From IMG/VR virus record IMGVR_UViG_3300037752_000040, positions 1 to 62,737 of that record: a stretch of DNA of 62,737 bases; one strand, 5' to 3'. Positions 1-8,808 of the stretch are shown piece by piece (position 1 is the stretch's first letter; every line of letters starts with the position of its first letter). Below the pieces are notes generated by a model. The model made no database searches. It was not told the origin of the DNA and worked only from the letters and a program-made list of their open reading frames with translations. The DNA comes from a virus. The position numbers and the translations under genes were made by a program.

Positions 1-127
1 GGTCGCCGGTATGCTCGACCGGATGCGGGAAAGTCAGCACGCGGATCGACAAGTACTGCTCAAGGTGTTAGAACAGCAAGAGAAAATCATCGACCTGCTG
101 TCAAACATGGAGCATACTCACAAGTCG
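1..127. repeat. terminal direct repeat, copy A (identical to 62611-62737); circular closure or terminal redundancy
   Basis: Read base by base: the first 127 nt (ggtcgccggtatgctcgacc...catactcacaagtcg) are identical to the last 127 nt of the window. Confidence 0.95.
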
Positions 128-244
128 AGATTCAGCGGCTTGGCGAGCGCCGCGAGCGGACTGATCGGCAAGGGGATCGCCGTGCTGGCGCTGCTGGCGC
201 TCCAGGTGCCTCTCAAGGACATCGTTCTGGCGGTCATGCCATGA
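11..244 (+). CDS. small membrane protein spanning the assembly junction (possibly lysis-associated)
   Basis: 77-aa ORF with a C-terminal hydrophobic helix (GIAVLALLALQV). In-frame ATGs at 62585 and 62603 could extend it in the circular map. Its stop overlaps the next start (ATGA at 241-244). Confidence 0.5.
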   Translation: MLDRMRESQHADRQVLLKVLEQQEKIIDLLSNMEHTHKSRFSGLASAASGLIGKGIAVLALLALQVPLKDIVLAVMP

Positions 245-426
245 TGGACTGGGAGAAGCTGTTATCGGTCCTGATTGCGTGCCTGCTGATCTTTACGCTG
301 GTGCGAGCCAGCATCATTGCAGCGGGGAGCCAGGAGCAAGAGCCGATGTCGGCTGAGATTTCGTTTTTCGCTGCGCCGGTGCAATATGATGCGATCCCTA
401 TATGGAACGGTGTCTCGGGGCGCTAA
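241..426 (+). CDS. small single-pass membrane protein
   Basis: 61 aa with an N-terminal TM helix (LLSVLIACLLIFTLV). ATGA overlap with the preceding ORF. Confidence 0.45.
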   Translation: MMDWEKLLSVLIACLLIFTLVRASIIAAGSQEQEPMSAEISFFAAPVQYDAIPIWNGVSGR

Positions 427-439
427 GAGCGGGACGGGG

Positions 440-712
440 CTATTCGCCGGATGGCTGCGGGCGGTGTGCGTCTTTGAGCTTTTCGATTTCCCTATAGTGG
501 AATCGAGCGATGCCTTTATATTCTCGCCAACGAACGTCAGCGAATTTCTCGGGTGAGTTTCCCCAGCTACCGTAACCAGCCACCGCCGCAACAGTCAGCG
601 TCTGTCCATCACGGCGTATTTGAAATTGAGCGCCATGCTTGGCCGCGAACATGCGGGAGAGACGCTCCAGTTCTTGCTCGGATGGTTCGTATTCCTCGTC
701 AGCGTCGCTCAT
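440..712 (-). CDS. hypothetical protein
   Basis: ORF 440..727. The ATG at 712 (MSDADEEY) is preceded by GAGAGGTGGGAAG. The TTG at 727 lies inside that SD and is unlikely to be the start. Confidence 0.5.
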   Translation of the reverse strand: MSDADEEYEPSEQELERLSRMFAAKHGAQFQIRRDGQTLTVAAVAGYGSWGNSPEKFADVRWREYKGIARFHYREIEKLKDAHRPQPSGE

Positions 713-923
713 CTTCCCACCTCTCAAACTCTTCTGGCGTCAGAACCATTTGGTTGATAATATGATCTGTCGGAACTTGCGGTCCCCACGGATTGCGGAT
801 CATCGGACACCCCGGAACGCTGATGTCCCACTCCTCATTGACGACGACCTGATTTTCATCTCGGTGAACGATGTAGGTTTTCAGCAGTCCCGGCGGATTG
901 CCTCTATTCGGTAGCAGTTCCAT
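699..923 (-). CDS. hypothetical protein
   Basis: 74-aa ORF co-oriented with and closely packed against its neighbours, with non-repetitive composition. Confidence 0.45.
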   Translation of the reverse strand: MELLPNRGNPPGLLKTYIVHRDENQVVVNEEWDISVPGCPMIRNPWGPQVPTDHIINQMVLTPEEFERWEDERR

Positions 924-938
924 CTATCTTCCCTTCCA

Positions 939-1280
939 TCAGGCTGACGCCATATCCCGAGCCGGATTCGAAACGTTCTCCGGCTTCTGCTTTATCCACC
1001 AGCCCGGCGGGAAGCCTTCGCCGTCCCATGCGTCGAGCGCTTGCAAAGCATCGTTCCATCCTTCATAACAGAACCGCGTGCGGTAGCCGCTGCGATCCAT
1101 GCCGACGCATAGGCCGGTTGTCCAAAGAAACCGGAACAGCCCGGCCAGTTCGCCGTTTGGCAGTCGCCGGACATCACGATAGCCCTCGTTTTTTAGAACT
1201 TCGAGCAGTTCGTCTTCGCTCATTTCATTTTTCCTTTCCTTCCCCAGGGAGCGGGGTATAGTGTTAGGCGGCGTCTTCAT
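939..1280 (-). CDS. hypothetical protein
   Basis: 113-aa ORF. The start at 1280 forms an ATGA overlap with the stop of the upstream gene (1277). Confidence 0.5.
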   Translation of the reverse strand: MKTPPNTIPRSLGKERKNEMSEDELLEVLKNEGYRDVRRLPNGELAGLFRFLWTTGLCVGMDRSGYRTRFCYEGWNDALQALDAWDGEGFPPGWWIKQKPENVSNPARDMASA

Positions 1281-1627
1281 CGCCCGTAATCGTAAGACGT
1301 AAACTGCGGCAACGGTCTCGCATCGGCTTCGTCGATCACTTCATAAATATCGAGGCCACGTTTCACGAAACATTCCTCATCGGGACGAGCTCCGTAATAT
1401 GAATTGGTGTTGGCCGGATCGGCGGCGTCGTAGCGCAGCACCTCTTTGCCGGTCAGCCTGTCAACCCAAACCTTATCGCACATGCAATCCATCGACTCGT
1501 CATAAACAAACTCATATCGGTAGGTCTTCCCCTCCGGCATCTCGATGCGTTTGCGCTGGAGCGCTCTTTGCGCGAGGCGGTGCTCACGTGCCTCATCTTC
1601 AATAGCTTCGTCTATATCTTCCCTCAT
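1277..1627 (-). CDS. hypothetical protein
   Basis: 116-aa ORF, translationally coupled to the downstream gene. Confidence 0.5.
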   Translation of the reverse strand: MREDIDEAIEDEAREHRLAQRALQRKRIEMPEGKTYRYEFVYDESMDCMCDKVWVDRLTGKEVLRYDAADPANTNSYYGARPDEECFVKRGLDIYEVIDEADARPLPQFTSYDYGR

Positions 1628-1664
1628 CTCAGTTTCCTTTCCTCCCCCGCGTATAGAGCGTGCG

Positions 1665-2258
1665 CTAGATGCTCCATCCCTTTACGGGGTCATCCCATCC
1701 GGGACGGTTTTCGTTCAGCCAGTTCTTGCCCTCTTTGTGCAGCCGATCGCGTAGATCCCAATCGCCGATATATTTGGCTTCCCCCAAGCGATGGATTTCA
1801 ATGCCAGCGTCTTCCACGACAACTGGAAGAAACTCATTTTCTTCAAGGCGGCGGTCCTCTTTCGGGTAAAGGCTTGTAACCCTGAATCTCGGCACCAGAT
1901 GTGCGTTAGCATGACGGTCATAAAAAGCGGCCTTGTAGAAGATTGCAACACGGCGTCGGCCTTGCTCATCGAGAATATCGGAATGCATGGAGTGATCAGT
2001 CGCAGCCCGCGTCCAGCCTTCTGGAAGTTTTGCCGAGACGAATATATCGTCAACGTCATCGCCAAACTCGAATCCAAGCGCCTCGAAGGCTTCACGATTT
2101 GGGCTCATTTCCTTCGGCATGTTGGTTGACGCCACGAGCGCCTCTTGGCCGCGCTTCTCCTGCGCTTCAATGCCGCCTGGAGTCGAAGCAACTAGAAAGT
2201 TTTCAAGGTCGCCCTTTGCGAGGGCTGCAACGGCTGCTGGGTTGTGTCCTTTATTCAT
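1665..2258 (-). CDS. hypothetical protein
   Basis: 197-aa ORF with balanced composition. No motif recognised. Confidence 0.55.
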   Translation of the reverse strand: MNKGHNPAAVAALAKGDLENFLVASTPGGIEAQEKRGQEALVASTNMPKEMSPNREAFEALGFEFGDDVDDIFVSAKLPEGWTRAATDHSMHSDILDEQGRRRVAIFYKAAFYDRHANAHLVPRFRVTSLYPKEDRRLEENEFLPVVVEDAGIEIHRLGEAKYIGDWDLRDRLHKEGKNWLNENRPGWDDPVKGWSI

Positions 2259-2310
2259 CTCAATTTCCTTTCATTATCTCACGCGTATAGAGCGTGCGGG
2301 GGAATGGGTG

Positions 2311-2952
2311 TTAGGCGGCTTTCTCAAGAGATTCAACACGCTCGAACGTGAGAGCGTAGACCCACGGGTTCTGGCCCCACGAGCCAGCGCCATTGATGCT
2401 TTCCCACAGATCGCTGAATGCAGAGACTGCGGTCGGTGCATAATCAGTATCCCCACCCAAGCCGAAAACTGTGATCGGAGCCATAGTGAGCCCGGCGTTG
2501 CGCCGTTCTCTCGATTGTATCCCCTCAGCCATTGCGTCATCTTCGCTGATATCCCGTAGACGCTCGACGCGAACATCCGTAACTTTCAGGAAGATGCGGG
2601 CGAACTCTCTGGGCATGTGAATCGAGGGGAACCATCCGCCGGGCGTATCGTCATCAGCGCGGTAAACGACCTTTCCATTGAGGCTTGCCATCCGCGCATC
2701 ACTGACCTTCCAGACACCATGGCCTGTATGCCCCCATGTCTCGCGAACCCAAAGGCGATCGCCTGGCGCGCAGGGAAAGCGCGACCAACCCTTATCACTC
2801 GGGTATGTTCCGGGCGGTGGGTCACCCCACATAAGACAAGGCACCGGCTGCGGCTTCAATATCCGCCGCGTCTGCGTTTTCCGTCCCGCCAAGATCGCCT
2901 GAACCATCGGCGATGAAAATATGATTGGTCTTTCCTTCACCTCATCCTCCAT
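2311..2952 (-). CDS. ASCH/PUA-like domain protein
   Basis: The internal ATG at 2952 gives MEDEVKERPIIFSSPMVQAILAGRKTQTRR, an N-terminal signature I associate with ASCH-type prophage proteins. The 279-aa version starts in a non-coding-looking region. Confidence 0.5.
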   Translation of the reverse strand: MEDEVKERPIIFSSPMVQAILAGRKTQTRRILKPQPVPCLMWGDPPPGTYPSDKGWSRFPCAPGDRLWVRETWGHTGHGVWKVSDARMASLNGKVVYRADDDTPGGWFPSIHMPREFARIFLKVTDVRVERLRDISEDDAMAEGIQSRERRNAGLTMAPITVFGLGGDTDYAPTAVSAFSDLWESINGAGSWGQNPWVYALTFERVESLEKAA

Positions 2953-3212
2953 GGAACCGGAACGCCTGCAAAACAGGCTGTGCCGAAAGTGCGCCACAGT
3001 TCGGTTTTGCCGCCTGCAAGTTTTGGCTTCGTTCTGCAAGGCCATGTGGCCAGAACAAGAACGCCGCACTCTCAAAAATCCCTTGCCACATAAAGAAAAC
3101 CCTTGCTCTCTCCCGCCTGCTGACCTATCCCGTTTAGCGGGACACCTCACCCCAACGTGGGTAAGGGCTGGTTTTCACATTCTAGCAAAAAACTCTATAT
3201 ACAGCAACGATT

Positions 3213-3641
3213 TTAATCTACAATAGTCAGTGTACTGATTTTCAATTGAGCCCGATATGGGTCATTTTTGCCAGGTGCTCGGCAAAGGCGTTTTCGTATT
3301 TTTGCAGCTGTGTTTGCCCGTTTGGTCGCATTCAGGATGAACGGTCTGATTTCTTGCGCTGCGACGGCGAACCATTCTCCATGCATCCGTTTGTCTGAGA
3401 AAACGTCATGAAGGTATCGCTCGGCGTAGATCGCACCGCTTGTTAGAACTCTGCGCTTTATTGCGATCGTGCACGGGAACGGATTGCCCTCCCGGAACTG
3501 CTTCAGACGTGCCTCGACATTTTTTGAAATGCCAATCTTGGAAAAGCCTCCGCATTCGATCACGTACACAAACATTATTGTGTCGTTGTACGGCGGCGGT
3601 GGTTCACTGCTGTACCAAGGTGGAATATCGAAAGATCTCAT
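3213..3641 (-). CDS. GIY-YIG / T5orf172-like domain protein
   Basis: Motifs FVYVIECGGFSKIGISKNVEARLKQF...GNPFP and HGEWF. ATGA overlap with the integrase stop at 3638-3641. Visibly AT-richer than its neighbours. Confidence 0.6.
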   Translation of the reverse strand: MRSFDIPPWYSSEPPPPYNDTIMFVYVIECGGFSKIGISKNVEARLKQFREGNPFPCTIAIKRRVLTSGAIYAERYLHDVFSDKRMHGEWFAVAAQEIRPFILNATKRANTAAKIRKRLCRAPGKNDPYRAQLKISTLTIVD

Positions 3642-4657
3642 TCCTTAATGCTCCGCAAGCGCTTTTCGGTCTTCTGGCCAAATGTCCCTTCTACGAACCC
3701 GGCCATGTCTTCAGGGTGTGCATAGTGTTTCAGCAACGTCTGCGTGTCTTTCCAATTTCCGGTCTTCGCGACCATGATCACGTTCTTGCCCTGGCGCGTG
3801 ACGGCCTCCGTCGCGAACGAATGCCGGCCCGCCTCATACGGCGTCACATAGTCGATGCCGGCCAGCTTGCACGTCTTCTTCCACGGCTCGATCGGTCCCT
3901 TCAGATCGGCCCATCCGAAAATTCGCCACTCGCCTTTGTACTGCCCCTTCATGATCTTTTTCGGTGGCAGCGTCCGCAGGACGTGCGTCATCTCCGCAGT
4001 CAGCCAGAATTCGCGGCGCTCGCCATTCTTGGTCATTGTCCGGCTGACGCCATATTGCCGTTCCAGATCAAGATTGTCCGGCATCAGCATGATGGCCTCG
4101 GTCGGCCTGGCGGCGGTCGTGTGCAGAAACAGCGCATAGGCGGCAAGGTGCGGCGAGGTCGCGTGCGCCATGAAGCGATTGATCCATTCGCGGTTGATCG
4201 CCCGCTTCACCTTGGGATCGACGGACTTGAACCGCTTGATGCGGATCGGCGCGCATAGCCCGAGGTCGTGCGCGAAATTGATCACCGCGCTCACCGGAAC
4301 GACAACCTGCCGGTTCCAGGTCTGCGGCTTGCATGTCGGATAAAGCTGCTTCGCCAGCACCTTCACTTTTCCCGGCTTGATTTCGGCCAGCCTCATTTTC
4401 CCCAGGCACCGAATGATCGGCGCAAGATAATCCTTGTCCGGCGGCGCGTGGTTCAGGTATTGGACACAAGCGTCAGCGAAGGTTGCCTCGTTTTCTTCGC
4501 CGTAGATGTTGGCGCGGTCGCGGCGCGCCTCTTCTTGCGCTCGCTTAAGTTCCGCGATTTTCGGGTCGCGAGTTCCAAGGCTTTTTCGTATGCGTCCACT
4601 GCCAGATGTCCCGTGGAGGTACGCGATCCCGTTTCGCCACTTGATTTTGAGCGCCAT
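3638..4657 (-). CDS. int: tyrosine integrase
   Basis: 339 aa. Box I (TTAARPTEAI), RHSFATEA and the C-terminal LLKHYAH tyrosine motif are present. Confidence 0.85.
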   Translation of the reverse strand: MALKIKWRNGIAYLHGTSGSGRIRKSLGTRDPKIAELKRAQEEARRDRANIYGEENEATFADACVQYLNHAPPDKDYLAPIIRCLGKMRLAEIKPGKVKVLAKQLYPTCKPQTWNRQVVVPVSAVINFAHDLGLCAPIRIKRFKSVDPKVKRAINREWINRFMAHATSPHLAAYALFLHTTAARPTEAIMLMPDNLDLERQYGVSRTMTKNGERREFWLTAEMTHVLRTLPPKKIMKGQYKGEWRIFGWADLKGPIEPWKKTCKLAGIDYVTPYEAGRHSFATEAVTRQGKNVIMVAKTGNWKDTQTLLKHYAHPEDMAGFVEGTFGQKTEKRLRSIKE

Positions 4658-4830
4658 AGCTTCGTTTCCTGCAGGAGCTGTTGAAAGTCCTCAAGCTCAA
4701 GATACATCTTGCCGCCGATGACGGAACAGCATTTGTGCTCACGGATCGCCTTGCGAAGCTCGCGCTCGGAAACGCCAGGCAGAAGCTCGACCACTTCTTC
4801 GATCGTCAACGGCGCGTAGAATGTCGTCAC
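4453..4830 (-). CDS. excisionase-like HTH DNA-binding protein
   Basis: GTG start at 4830 forms a GTGA overlap with the upstream stop. The N-terminal 55 aa resemble excisionase-family HTH proteins (TIEEVVELLPGVSERELRKAIRE). The C-terminal 68 codons overlap int in another frame. Confidence 0.5.
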   Translation of the reverse strand: MTTFYAPLTIEEVVELLPGVSERELRKAIREHKCCSVIGGKMYLELEDFQQLLQETKLWRSKSSGETGSRTSTGHLAVDAYEKALELATRKSRNLSERKKRRAATAPTSTAKKTRQPSLTLVSNT

Positions 4831-4985
4831 TGATCGACTCCGGTATTGAGGTTAGAAGCGGGGGCGGGAAGCTTGCGACGGAGCCAGTCGAAAAACTCAT
4901 CGATGGCCACCCACCAGATGATTGCGATGAACGCCAGATTGATAATGGCGTAGACTGCCTTTTCTGCGATGTCATAGTCAGGCAT
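4827..4985 (-). CDS. small membrane protein (52 aa, below the ORF-track cutoff)
   Basis: Hand translation gives MPDYDIAEKAVYAIINLAFIAIIWWVAIDEFFDWLRRKLPAPASNLNTGVDQ*. TGATG overlap with the upstream stop and GTGA overlap with the downstream start. Confidence 0.45.
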   Translation of the reverse strand: MPDYDIAEKAVYAIINLAFIAIIWWVAIDEFFDWLRRKLPAPASNLNTGVDQ

Positions 4986-5281
4986 CAGCGCTCTCCCTCT
5001 ATGAGTGGAGACGGGGGAAGGGGCTTATGTGTCAGGCAAACGCCGTCACTTGCAGCGGTCATCTCATCGCCCGTGCCGGGCTCATCAATCTGGCTTTGGG
5101 CGTTTGCTGCCTTTTCGATGGGGCAAAAGCTTTCAGCAAGATCAGCGAACGTCCGCAAGCAGTTCGCCCACTCTTTGATCAGGCCGGATTTGACGGCGTA
5201 TGGGTAGTGATCGCAAAGGGCGTTCAAATAAGCGGCATTGCACTTGCTAAGGCGCGCGACTTCCTTTTCGAAATCAGCCAT
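4985..5281 (-). CDS. hypothetical protein
   Basis: ORF 4985..5299. The ATG at 5281 (MADFEKEV) overlaps the upstream stop (ATGGCTGA). Confidence 0.5.
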   Translation of the reverse strand: MADFEKEVARLSKCNAAYLNALCDHYPYAVKSGLIKEWANCLRTFADLAESFCPIEKAANAQSQIDEPGTGDEMTAASDGVCLTHKPLPPSPLIEGER

Positions 5282-5837
5282 TGTCGGTTTCCTCAGCACT
5301 TGCAGCGCTCGCAGTGTCGCCTACGCTTCGCTTGTTACGTTCACGCATGCAAGTTTTGCATCGGCGCTGCGTTCCCCTATAGATGTATAGGTTTTCACCC
5401 GAGTATGGATGGCCTTGCGGGCAATGCGTCTTAAGCAAAGCTCCTCTCAAAACATTCTCTTGATTTGTGACTGGTTCTAGATGCTGGGGATTTACACAGG
5501 ATCTCACGCGGCAACGATGGTCCAGAACCATTCCCTCCGCGACACGGCTGATCGTTTTTTCGTATATGAACTTATGTGCGGGGGCCATTTTCCCAGAAAT
5601 GCGCAAGGTGCCATACCCATCACGCAACCCGCCCATCCAAAGCCAGCATCCTGAATTTGGCTCTGGGATATACTTTTCTTCGAAACGTTCCAAATCCGTC
5701 TTCTTAGTCGCTGGGGTATAGTGGTAAGCTCTCTTGCAAAAAGGATTGCAGAACTTTTTCTTGCGCCAAGCAGATGCTTGTGATCGCTCCGCGCGCCGGA
5801 GCACGGCTTGACACTGAAGACATTTCTTTTCAGTCAT
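5274..5837 (-). CDS. HNH homing-type endonuclease
   Basis: Signature LDHRCRVRSCVNPQHLEPVTNQENV plus Cys-rich flanks. The ATG at 5837 overlaps the upstream stop (ATGACTGA). Confidence 0.7.
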   Translation of the reverse strand: MTEKKCLQCQAVLRRAERSQASAWRKKKFCNPFCKRAYHYTPATKKTDLERFEEKYIPEPNSGCWLWMGGLRDGYGTLRISGKMAPAHKFIYEKTISRVAEGMVLDHRCRVRSCVNPQHLEPVTNQENVLRGALLKTHCPQGHPYSGENLYIYRGTQRRCKTCMRERNKRSVGDTASAASAEETDNG

Positions 5838-6159
5838 CGCCGACTTCTCCTGCGCTTCGCTCCGGCTCTTCAATTTCGCTTTGGGAGCTTGCCGCCTTTT
5901 GTCTTTTGCGATACTCAACGGCCAGCGCGCGGTCTATAACCGCCATGATGTCGAGCGTATCCTCCGGTGTGATGTCGCCTTTCATCACCAGCCACCAACT
6001 CGCGCCGGGAACGACGCGCGAAGATGCCAGAACCTTCGCTCCGCCGAACGAAAGCTCATGGATCAGGACATGCTCACAGGGCGGGCTGTATCCCTTGTGC
6101 CAAGCCTCGTAATCGACTGGCGACGTGGCGTAGCGCGGCGCTGGTGGCTTCTTATCCAT
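5830..6159 (-). CDS. hypothetical protein
   Basis: 109-aa ORF coupled to its neighbours. Confidence 0.5.
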   Translation of the reverse strand: MDKKPPAPRYATSPVDYEAWHKGYSPPCEHVLIHELSFGGAKVLASSRVVPGASWWLVMKGDITPEDTLDIMAVIDRALAVEYRKRQKAASSQSEIEEPERSAGEVGDD

Positions 6160-6409
6160 CTGACATCTCCTTAAACTTGATCCCCGCCATCAATTCTGAG
6201 AATTCATCCTTGGACATCTTGCGTAGGATCTGATCCTTCGGCATTAAGACGAAGCCTGCGGATTCTATCGCGGCGCGGGCGGCTTTCGCATGATCCAAGC
6301 TCTCCTCCCAATGCCACTCTGCGAAGTCCGAAGCCTCTCCGGCCATAAGCCCGTCTTCACGGCTGATCGCTCTTGCGATCTTCTCGTCCAGTTCGTCCAT
6401 GTCAGACAT
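6152..6409 (-). CDS. hypothetical acidic protein
   Basis: 85-aa ORF with 8-nt overlaps on both sides. Confidence 0.5.
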   Translation of the reverse strand: MSDMDELDEKIARAISREDGLMAGEASDFAEWHWEESLDHAKAARAAIESAGFVLMPKDQILRKMSKDEFSELMAGIKFKEMSDG

Positions 6410-6623
6410 CGGTGTTAACCCCCAGGAAAACGCGTAGGGCTTTCATGCAGGGCAGGCGATGCCCGTGCTCGAACATCTCGCGATTGATGCGCTCCATTAT
6501 TTGCGTTGCCTCGATCAGCTTTTCCTTAAGAGCGGAGAGTTCGCGTTCAGCATCCTGTAGCGGGTCGTCAACATCGCGCGCCATCTCCTCATTCATGAAT
6601 GCTCTTTCCTCGTAATGGCTCAT
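6402..6623 (-). CDS. hypothetical coiled-coil protein
   Basis: 73-aa ORF. Confidence 0.45.
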   Translation of the reverse strand: MSHYEERAFMNEEMARDVDDPLQDAERELSALKEKLIEATQIMERINREMFEHGHRLPCMKALRVFLGVNTDV

Positions 6624-6675
6624 CTCACCCTCTCGTATTTCTCTTTCACTGCCCGGCGCTCTTCAGGAGACGGGA

Positions 6676-7113
6676 TCATGCCGCTTTCGGTTTCCCTGTC
6701 ATCGGGTCAAGCTTAGCCATTTCCGTTTCTGCTTCGCTTGGCGACCCACCGACCATCCATGATGGCGGTCTCGGAATTTCTTCATGCGTAGGCCGCCATA
6801 GATGCAGACAGTTCGGATGTTCATTGATATGATCCGATGACGGCACATGAAGCTGCATGACGGTTTCGTCGTCGCCGAAAAACAAGCGCTTCACATGAGA
6901 CATCTCGATCCAGTTCGGACAGCGGTTTACCCGTGAGACAGACACATGTTCCCAGCCGAAATCACTGGACGCCATAATGGTGAGAGTGGCCTTGTCGATC
7001 GGAGACGGGACGCGGAACGCTCCGCAGGTTTCGTCGCCCGAGTACCCGCGAAAATGTGCGGGAAGATCGCGCCCGCGAACTCGGCACGCATCTAGCAAGT
7101 GAAGGTTTCTCAT
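6676..7113 (-). CDS. conserved phage protein (family not named)
   Basis: 145 aa. The segment GWEHVSVS...CPNWIEMSHVKRLFFGDDETVMQLHVP...CLHLW resembles a prophage family I have seen widely. Confidence 0.55.
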   Translation of the reverse strand: MRNLHLLDACRVRGRDLPAHFRGYSGDETCGAFRVPSPIDKATLTIMASSDFGWEHVSVSRVNRCPNWIEMSHVKRLFFGDDETVMQLHVPSSDHINEHPNCLHLWRPTHEEIPRPPSWMVGGSPSEAETEMAKLDPMTGKPKAA

Positions 7114-7568
7114 CTCCGTTCCACCGTTCCATCCATACGTTTGCGAAATCCGCTTGCCTTCGATCCCGGAATAGGCCGGGAATATTTCTTCTCAGCCCGC
7201 GCAGCCTTCGCTACGATGCGCTTGCCCCTTGAGCGATCCGCTGAATCTGCCGATGTCTGCGGCGCATGGCAGCAGTGCCCAAGCAATTCCCCGTCTTCAG
7301 GCGTCAGACCTTCCTTGATAACCCGCTGGCGTTTTTCTTCTGTCCACGTCCAGACCGCCGGGTTATGATGGTAGTCGAAGGGCTTTCCCCCGATGGGGAG
7401 GCTGCAGCGTTCGCAGCGCAGGTTCTCTGGACCGCCCGCGCGTTTAAACATCGCGATTTTCTCGCGCTTCTTGAAGTCGAAGCGGGGATCGCGGGTTGTC
7501 CTTTTCGGGGCGATCTGGCGGACAGGTTCAGTCATAAGGGTTCGCCTTGCACTGCTCGCAGACATCAA
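7110..7568 (-). CDS. HNH nuclease-domain protein
   Basis: Pattern CERCSLPIGGKPFDYHHNP...LLGHCCHAPQT (HNH-like C..C/HH/CH). ATGA-type 4-nt overlap with the downstream gene. Confidence 0.55.
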   Translation of the reverse strand: MMSASSARRTLMTEPVRQIAPKRTTRDPRFDFKKREKIAMFKRAGGPENLRCERCSLPIGGKPFDYHHNPAVWTWTEEKRQRVIKEGLTPEDGELLGHCCHAPQTSADSADRSRGKRIVAKAARAEKKYSRPIPGSKASGFRKRMDGTVERR

Positions 7569-7716
7569 TCCACTCGTCGCCGTCCTTACGGCTTCCCCAG
7601 CCTTCGGAGCGCTTCATCTGGAGAGCCTCGTTCCAATCTTCCTCATGCGTCTCAAGCTGGTTCGTGCACCAGTCGCAACAGAAGATGATCCGTCCGAATT
7701 GTCGTTCTATGCTCAC
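7528..7716 (-). CDS. small Cys-rich (Zn-ribbon-like) protein
   Basis: GTG at 7716 forms a GTGA overlap with the upstream stop. Contains CCDWC...CEQC. Confidence 0.45.
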   Translation of the reverse strand: MSIERQFGRIIFCCDWCTNQLETHEEDWNEALQMKRSEGWGSRKDGDEWIDVCEQCKANPYD

Positions 7717-7994
7717 CGCTCCGCCCTCGAAACATTGTGATCCACGCTGGCCTCGTTCCACGCCTTGAACGCTGAATGCTCGCCATTGGGGGAAATCACG
7801 ATTATGATGAACTCGCTACCCATGCTGCGTTCCCAGCCATCGCGATTGTCCCAGTCGTATTCGCAGGCCAGTTCCGCCGCATATTCGGCGTCCGAGACCC
7901 TTTGAAAGTCGTAGATTCCGATCTCATGCGCATCGTCGGCGCTTTCGCCGTCTTCCGGGAAATAAGCTTTCCAGCCACTCGGGACTTTGCTCAC
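7713..7994 (-). CDS. hypothetical acidic protein
   Basis: 93-aa ORF. Confidence 0.5.
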   Translation of the reverse strand: MSKVPSGWKAYFPEDGESADDAHEIGIYDFQRVSDAEYAAELACEYDWDNRDGWERSMGSEFIIIVISPNGEHSAFKAWNEASVDHNVSRAER

Positions 7995-8194
7995 CGTCTA
8001 ACCCTCCTGAAAACAGCCGCCACCGGCAGAATGAAAACCAGACCGAACAGAAACCCGAGAGCCATCCCCAATCCCGTAAGGACCGTCAGCCAGCCCCATA
8101 ACGCTTCCCGTAGCCATCCACGGCGCTTCTGTGCTTCCGGGTGCATACGGGCCTGTATCTCAGCCTCAAGATCGGGGAAGGGAATATTGGACAT
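7991..8194 (-). CDS. small membrane protein
   Basis: The ATG at 8194 (MSNIPFPDL...) lies 9 nt after the stop of 8203..8394. C-terminal TM helix (LTVLTGLGMALGFLFGLVFILPVAAV). Confidence 0.45.
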   Translation of the reverse strand: MSNIPFPDLEAEIQARMHPEAQKRRGWLREALWGWLTVLTGLGMALGFLFGLVFILPVAAVFRRVRR

Positions 8195-8202
8195 TTTCGG
8201 CC

Positions 8203-8394
8203 TTATCCCTTGCCCTTGGTCGATATATGGTCGATATTTATTGGACATTCTGGCTGCTTGAGCGCTGGTTGCATTAGGCGACACCACTTGCATAACCACA
8301 TTGATCCGCGCCGCTTGTCCTTGAACGGCATGCATATCCAGTCGCACTGCGCGCTTTCGAAAAGATCGGAGAAGGGGATGGCGTGGCGGGTCAT
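8203..8394 (-). CDS. small Cys-rich protein
   Basis: 63 aa containing CDWIC...CKWC. It starts 7 nt after the upstream stop. Confidence 0.45.
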   Translation of the reverse strand: MTRHAIPFSDLFESAQCDWICMPFKDKRRGSMWLCKWCRLMQPALKQPECPINIDHISTKGKG

Positions 8395-8400
8395 GCTGCG

Positions 8401-8637
8401 TCAGCCTTCCGCATAACCGGCTGGAATTGGAATTAACCCTTGCTGCGTTTCACTCGGCTCCCAGCCGTCGCTTTCTTCGGCAATCCACTCGGCCATTACT
8501 TCGAAGCATTGCTGGAGTTGCTGGAATTCGGTACAGTTGGCCAGCGGTCCGCCGTCACACTGAAAATCATAGTGATCAAGCAGGCGTCTCATATGCTCGC
8601 GGCCATTTTCGATGGCTCCAATTGGGGGCTGTTGCAT
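8401..8637 (-). CDS. hypothetical protein
   Basis: 78-aa ORF. Confidence 0.45.
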   Translation of the reverse strand: MQQPPIGAIENGREHMRRLLDHYDFQCDGGPLANCTEFQQLQQCFEVMAEWIAEESDGWEPSETQQGLIPIPAGYAEG

Positions 8638-8649
8638 GTAATCTCCTGA

Positions 8650-8808
8650 TTAGGTTTCGTAAATCGCCTCTGTCAGGCACCACCACGCTAGCGGGTCTTC
8701 ATCCGCTAGCCAGTATGACGGCGAGCGCCTGCGTGCCTCAGCCTTGCCCATTGCCAGCCGAGCGAGAATGGCGGCGCGCTTCCAGCGCTTCATTTCCTTC
8801 GCTGTCAT
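8650..8808 (-). CDS. small hypothetical protein (52 aa, below the ORF-track cutoff)
   Basis: Hand translation gives MTAKEMKRWKRAAILARLAMGKAEARRRSPSYWLADEDPLAWWCLTEAIYET*. ATGA overlap with the stop of 8805..9284. Confidence 0.4.
   Translation of the reverse strand: MTAKEMKRWKRAAILARLAMGKAEARRRSPSYWLADEDPLAWWCLTEAIYET

Noticed and set aside
1-426. A frame-1 reading open from the ATG at 62569 across the junction to 426 (about 155 aa).
   Set aside because: The upstream 95 residues are an R/G-rich low-complexity string. The frame-2 ORF (ending at 244 with an ATGA overlap onto the ATG at 241) gives a natural protein, so two small genes are preferred.
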